A stretch of DNA of 63,140 nt, the filler included, from Rhabdomonas costata (lineage: Eukaryota), in NCBI GenBank assembly GCA_019059605.1. It is 50 parts of 50 records of this genome, joined end to end, with 100 filler letters (N's around TTAATTAATTAA, not from the genome) between each part and the next. Parts side by side here need not be neighbours in the genome. Positions count along the whole stretch, not along the records: positions 60,712 to 61,876 come from JAHMHO010025486.1; positions 61,977 to 63,140 come from JAHMHO010025487.1; 48 more parts are not named here. One strand, given 5' to 3'. Numbering within the stretch: position 1 is the stretch's first letter; each line of letters starts with the position of its first letter. The position numbers and the translations under genes were made by a program. Below the pieces are notes generated by a model. The model was not told where the DNA came from. It saw nothing but the letters and a program-made list of their open reading frames with translations, and searched no databases. Of this stretch, positions 61,463 to 63,140 are shown piece after piece.

Positions 61463-63140
61463 GTAGGGTAGAGCGGTGGAGATCGGGCGCAGATGAGCTT
61501 TTCTGCCGGCTGTCGGAGTCTCCTACCCGAGACACTCCTCTGTGCTGGACATACTTCGCTGCTGTGTACGATACGCAGCTTTTGTTCACTACTTCTGTAC
61601 ACTCCCCTTCCCCGTAATCTGCCTGGTGGGAAGCCTTGGGCTTTGGTTGATGGGAGATCCCTCTTCCCCTTCCTCTTTGCACAGGGGACAGTTCCCTTGC
61701 CCTCCTCTGTAAAAGTGCAAATTCCAATGGTGATTGTCCTCCCGTGAAAACCCATGAACAACTCTCCCCTGGCTCTGATTCAGGCTGGAAAATCTCGTTG
61801 AAAAGAAAAACAAGCAACGTGTTGCTCCAGTCATTCCATTTGGACGGCTCCCACGCCTGTCGCTGGTTTAAGGACCNNNNNNNNNNNNNNNNNNNNNNNN
61901 NNNNNNNNNNNNNNNNNNNNTTAATTAATTAANNNNNNNNNNNNNNNNNNNNNNNNNNNNNNNNNNNNNNNNNNNNAATACAGACTTTCGCAAAGCAGGC
62001 TTGGAGCAGATCAAGCTAAGGGCTGAGCGGCAAATCAGGGCAGTCAGTGTCGGTTGATGGTTGACGTTGAAGGTGCACGCCGTGCACCCGAAACACGCCT
62101 GTTTCACCTTCAAAAAGACTGTTCTTTAGGCTTCGCCTTTGCACGGTGTACCTGAAAATCTGAGAGGATCACAGATTTACTCCAAAAAATCACTGCGCCT
62201 CCGGCGCGCAACGGTTCCCTACGGTATTTTTCCTCCCAGGCCAAGAACTCTCAAACTCAATGTGACGATTCAAAGGCGAATGTGAAAAAGAAATCGGAAC
62301 AGTGAAGGAGAAAAAACTCAACCTCAAACTCGTTGAATGAAAGACGTCTTTTCATATAACTAAGACTTGCGGGGTGCACCGTCCCGTACGTACTATTGGA
62401 ACCTCGTTTTTTTTGCGGGCATGCTGTTCCGATTATTCGTGTCTTTGAGAAACGAATTTGACAGAATGAAAAAAAATAGTAAAATTTTTTCCGTCCTTTT
62501 GCGCTTCCATTACCAATTTTCCTGCTATCCCCACCACCTAAAAAGGCGTTACTCTAATTTTTTTGATTGGAAAATCTAAATCCGCTGTACAATGCTTGCG
62601 GAAGACTTTGCAGAGAGATACCCACTGCCGCCGGTCGTTTCACCCCTGGCCGGTCTGCATTGAGTTTCTGTATTTTTTTTCAAATTTTTTCTCGACAGTG
62701 GGGGTCCACAGAGAAACCAAACTTAGAGCGAATGAGAAGGAAGAAGGAAAGAAGGATACACATAATAATAATAAAATTTAATGAAACACATTGTAGTATA
62801 TTATTGTGATATCATTTTGTATATACAAAAGACCTGCTGTATATACAAAAGACCCCAGGCCTGCTTCGGATTAGCCCTCTTCTTTCGTTCGATATTGAAA
62901 ACCAAAAAATCATTTTTATAATATAATATATATTTTTAATATAATATAACTATTTTTAATATAATACACATATATACATGTCTTCCCTTCTGCCAAAAAT
63001 GCGAATCACACTGGGACAGAAGAGCTGGAGGTCGAGCAGGCTCAGGGAAGGGACGGTGAGTACGTGCACAACGGGCCGGATGCAGAGGAATGGTTAGAAT
63101 GGACGGCGGAGCGTGAGATGGAGAGAACCGCAGATCCCCG

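Noticed and set aside
1166-61976. Regularly spaced TTAATTAATTAA 'repeat' resembling an array or CRISPR
   Set aside because: It is an artificial linker embedded in N runs; the spacing reflects contigs of near-equal length.
62661-62684. tgagtttctgtattttttttc, resembling euglenozoan spliced-leader cores
   Set aside because: Partial match only; there is no following GT donor or SL-RNA structure.
846-62809. Most ORFs in the supplied six-frame track
   Set aside because: They are antisense or intron read-through frames of a spliced eukaryotic genome, often starting at GTG/TTG or running into Ns.

Overview
This window is not contiguous DNA. It is an artificial concatenation of 50 unrelated contigs of about 1.15-1.18 kb, joined by 49 identical 100-nt spacers (N44-TTAATTAATTAA-N44, stops in all six frames), so gene neighbourhood across spacers means nothing. 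The contigs come from an intron-rich eukaryote: short GC3-rich exons, canonical GT-AG introns, (CA/TG)n microsatellites and CCCTAA-like repeats. A protist, possibly a euglenozoan, is my guess and cannot be proven here. Recognisable exon fragments include a papain-type protease, RRM proteins, ankyrin proteins, a cupin, a fucosyltransferase, RFC3, an Ulp1/SENP protease, CAMK and AGC kinases, PDI, a rhomboid, Arp1, and Sushi, Cys-rich and Ig-like surface modules. The accessory content is more interesting. Two AT-rich, intronless, gene-dense contigs look like a Polinton-like virus or virophage: an A32-type packaging ATPase, an AT-hook basic protein, a fibre-like domain, TAAATG starts and 3' AT hairpins. 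There are also two diverged Merlin (IS1595-like) transposase copies, a Penelope-like RT relic, a CRE-like REL retrotransposon 3' end, and five long unrelated fold-back hairpins at contig breaks. All calls are by-eye motif recognition; no database search was run.
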